Of a stretch of 20,000 bases of DNA, positions 19,560-20,000 are shown piece by piece. Position 1 is the first letter of the stretch. Every line of letters begins with the position of its first letter. The stretch spans positions 5,629,661 through 5,649,660 of the forward strand of contig NC_057756.1 of NCBI RefSeq assembly GCF_004010195.1, written 5' to 3'. Under the pieces are notes generated by a model that saw only the letters and a list, made by a program, of their open reading frames with translations, was not told the origin of the DNA and did not search any database. The stretch comes from Chiloscyllium plagiosum. Taxonomy: Eukaryota. The position numbers and the translations under genes are program-made.

Positions 19560-20000
19560 TCTGGATCAGTGGTGCTGGAAGAGCACAGCAATTCAGGCAG
19601 CATCCGACGAGCAGCAAAATCGACGTTTCGGGCAAAATCCCTTCATCAGGAATAAAGGCAGAGAGCCTGAAGCGTGGAGAGATAAGCTAGAGGAGGGTGG
19701 GGGTGGGGAGAAAGTAGCATAGAGTACAATAGGTGAGTGGGGGAGGAGATGATAGGTCAGGGAGCAGAGGGTGGAGTGGATAGGTGGAAAAGGAGCTAGG
19801 CAGGTCGGACAGGTCCAGGGGACAGTGCGGAGCTGGAAGTTTGAAACTAGGATGAGGTGGGGGAAGGGGAAATGAGGAAGCTGTTGAAGTCCACATTGAT
19901 GCCCTGGGGTTGAAGTGTTCCGAGGCGGAAGATGAGGCGTTCTTCCTCCAGGCATCTGGTGGTGAGGGAGCAGCGGTGAAGGAGGCCCAGGACCTCCACA
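19560..20000 (-). mobile_element. Penelope-like element 3' end (GIY-YIG C-terminus, 3' UTR, terminal repeat); continues beyond the window
   Basis: Minus strand EVLGLLHRCSLTTRCLEEERLIFRLGTLQPQGINVDFNSFL (conserved E and G.N of GIY-YIG), then a pyrimidine-rich UTR and a hammerhead terminus. Confidence 0.9.
19620..19652 (-). ncRNA. Minimal hammerhead ribozyme motif in PLE terminal repeat
   Basis: UUC-CUGAUGA-A-GGG AUUUUG CCC-GAAA-CGUC-GA: intact core, GUC cleavage triplet and palindromic ACGU helix III. Confidence 0.75.

Noticed and set aside
19015..19955. Longest ORFs in the track (158 aa, 120 aa) as host genes
   Set aside because: They are frameshifted or alternative frames of Penelope-like element sequence.

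Overview
Eukaryotic, repeat-rich DNA from a cartilaginous fish. The repeat families point to a shark, probably a bamboo/carpet shark; this is inference from remembered consensus sequences. Most of the window is decayed retroelements: CR1-clade LINEs, tRNA-derived and HE1-type SINEs, Deu-domain SINEs, Penelope-like elements (PLEs) and minisatellites. No intact protein-coding gene is present, and almost all ORFs in the supplied track are spurious or repeat-derived. Four non-trivial signals stand out. (1) The Penelope-derived repeats carry minimal hammerhead-ribozyme motifs, with intact cores at 18637-18671 (+), 19620-19652 (-) and 10793-10824 (-) and several decayed copies, some inside short fold-back non-autonomous elements. 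(2) A damaged terminal exon of a Siglec/CD22/MAG-like inhibitory receptor lies on the minus strand (4253-4497); it has a TEYAEV motif, a Tyr-less ITIM-like motif, a frameshift and a PLE insertion at its C-terminus. (3) A plus-strand 5' gene module (non-coding exon plus signal-peptide exon MIxxSYFLLxxxQ) is present twice, at about 7920-9480 and about 14345-15330. (4) Two candidate pseudo-exons of an unidentified gene have five in-frame stops, all TGA (11856-12393, minus strand). Together this looks like a birth-and-death immune-receptor gene cluster invaded by retroelements.
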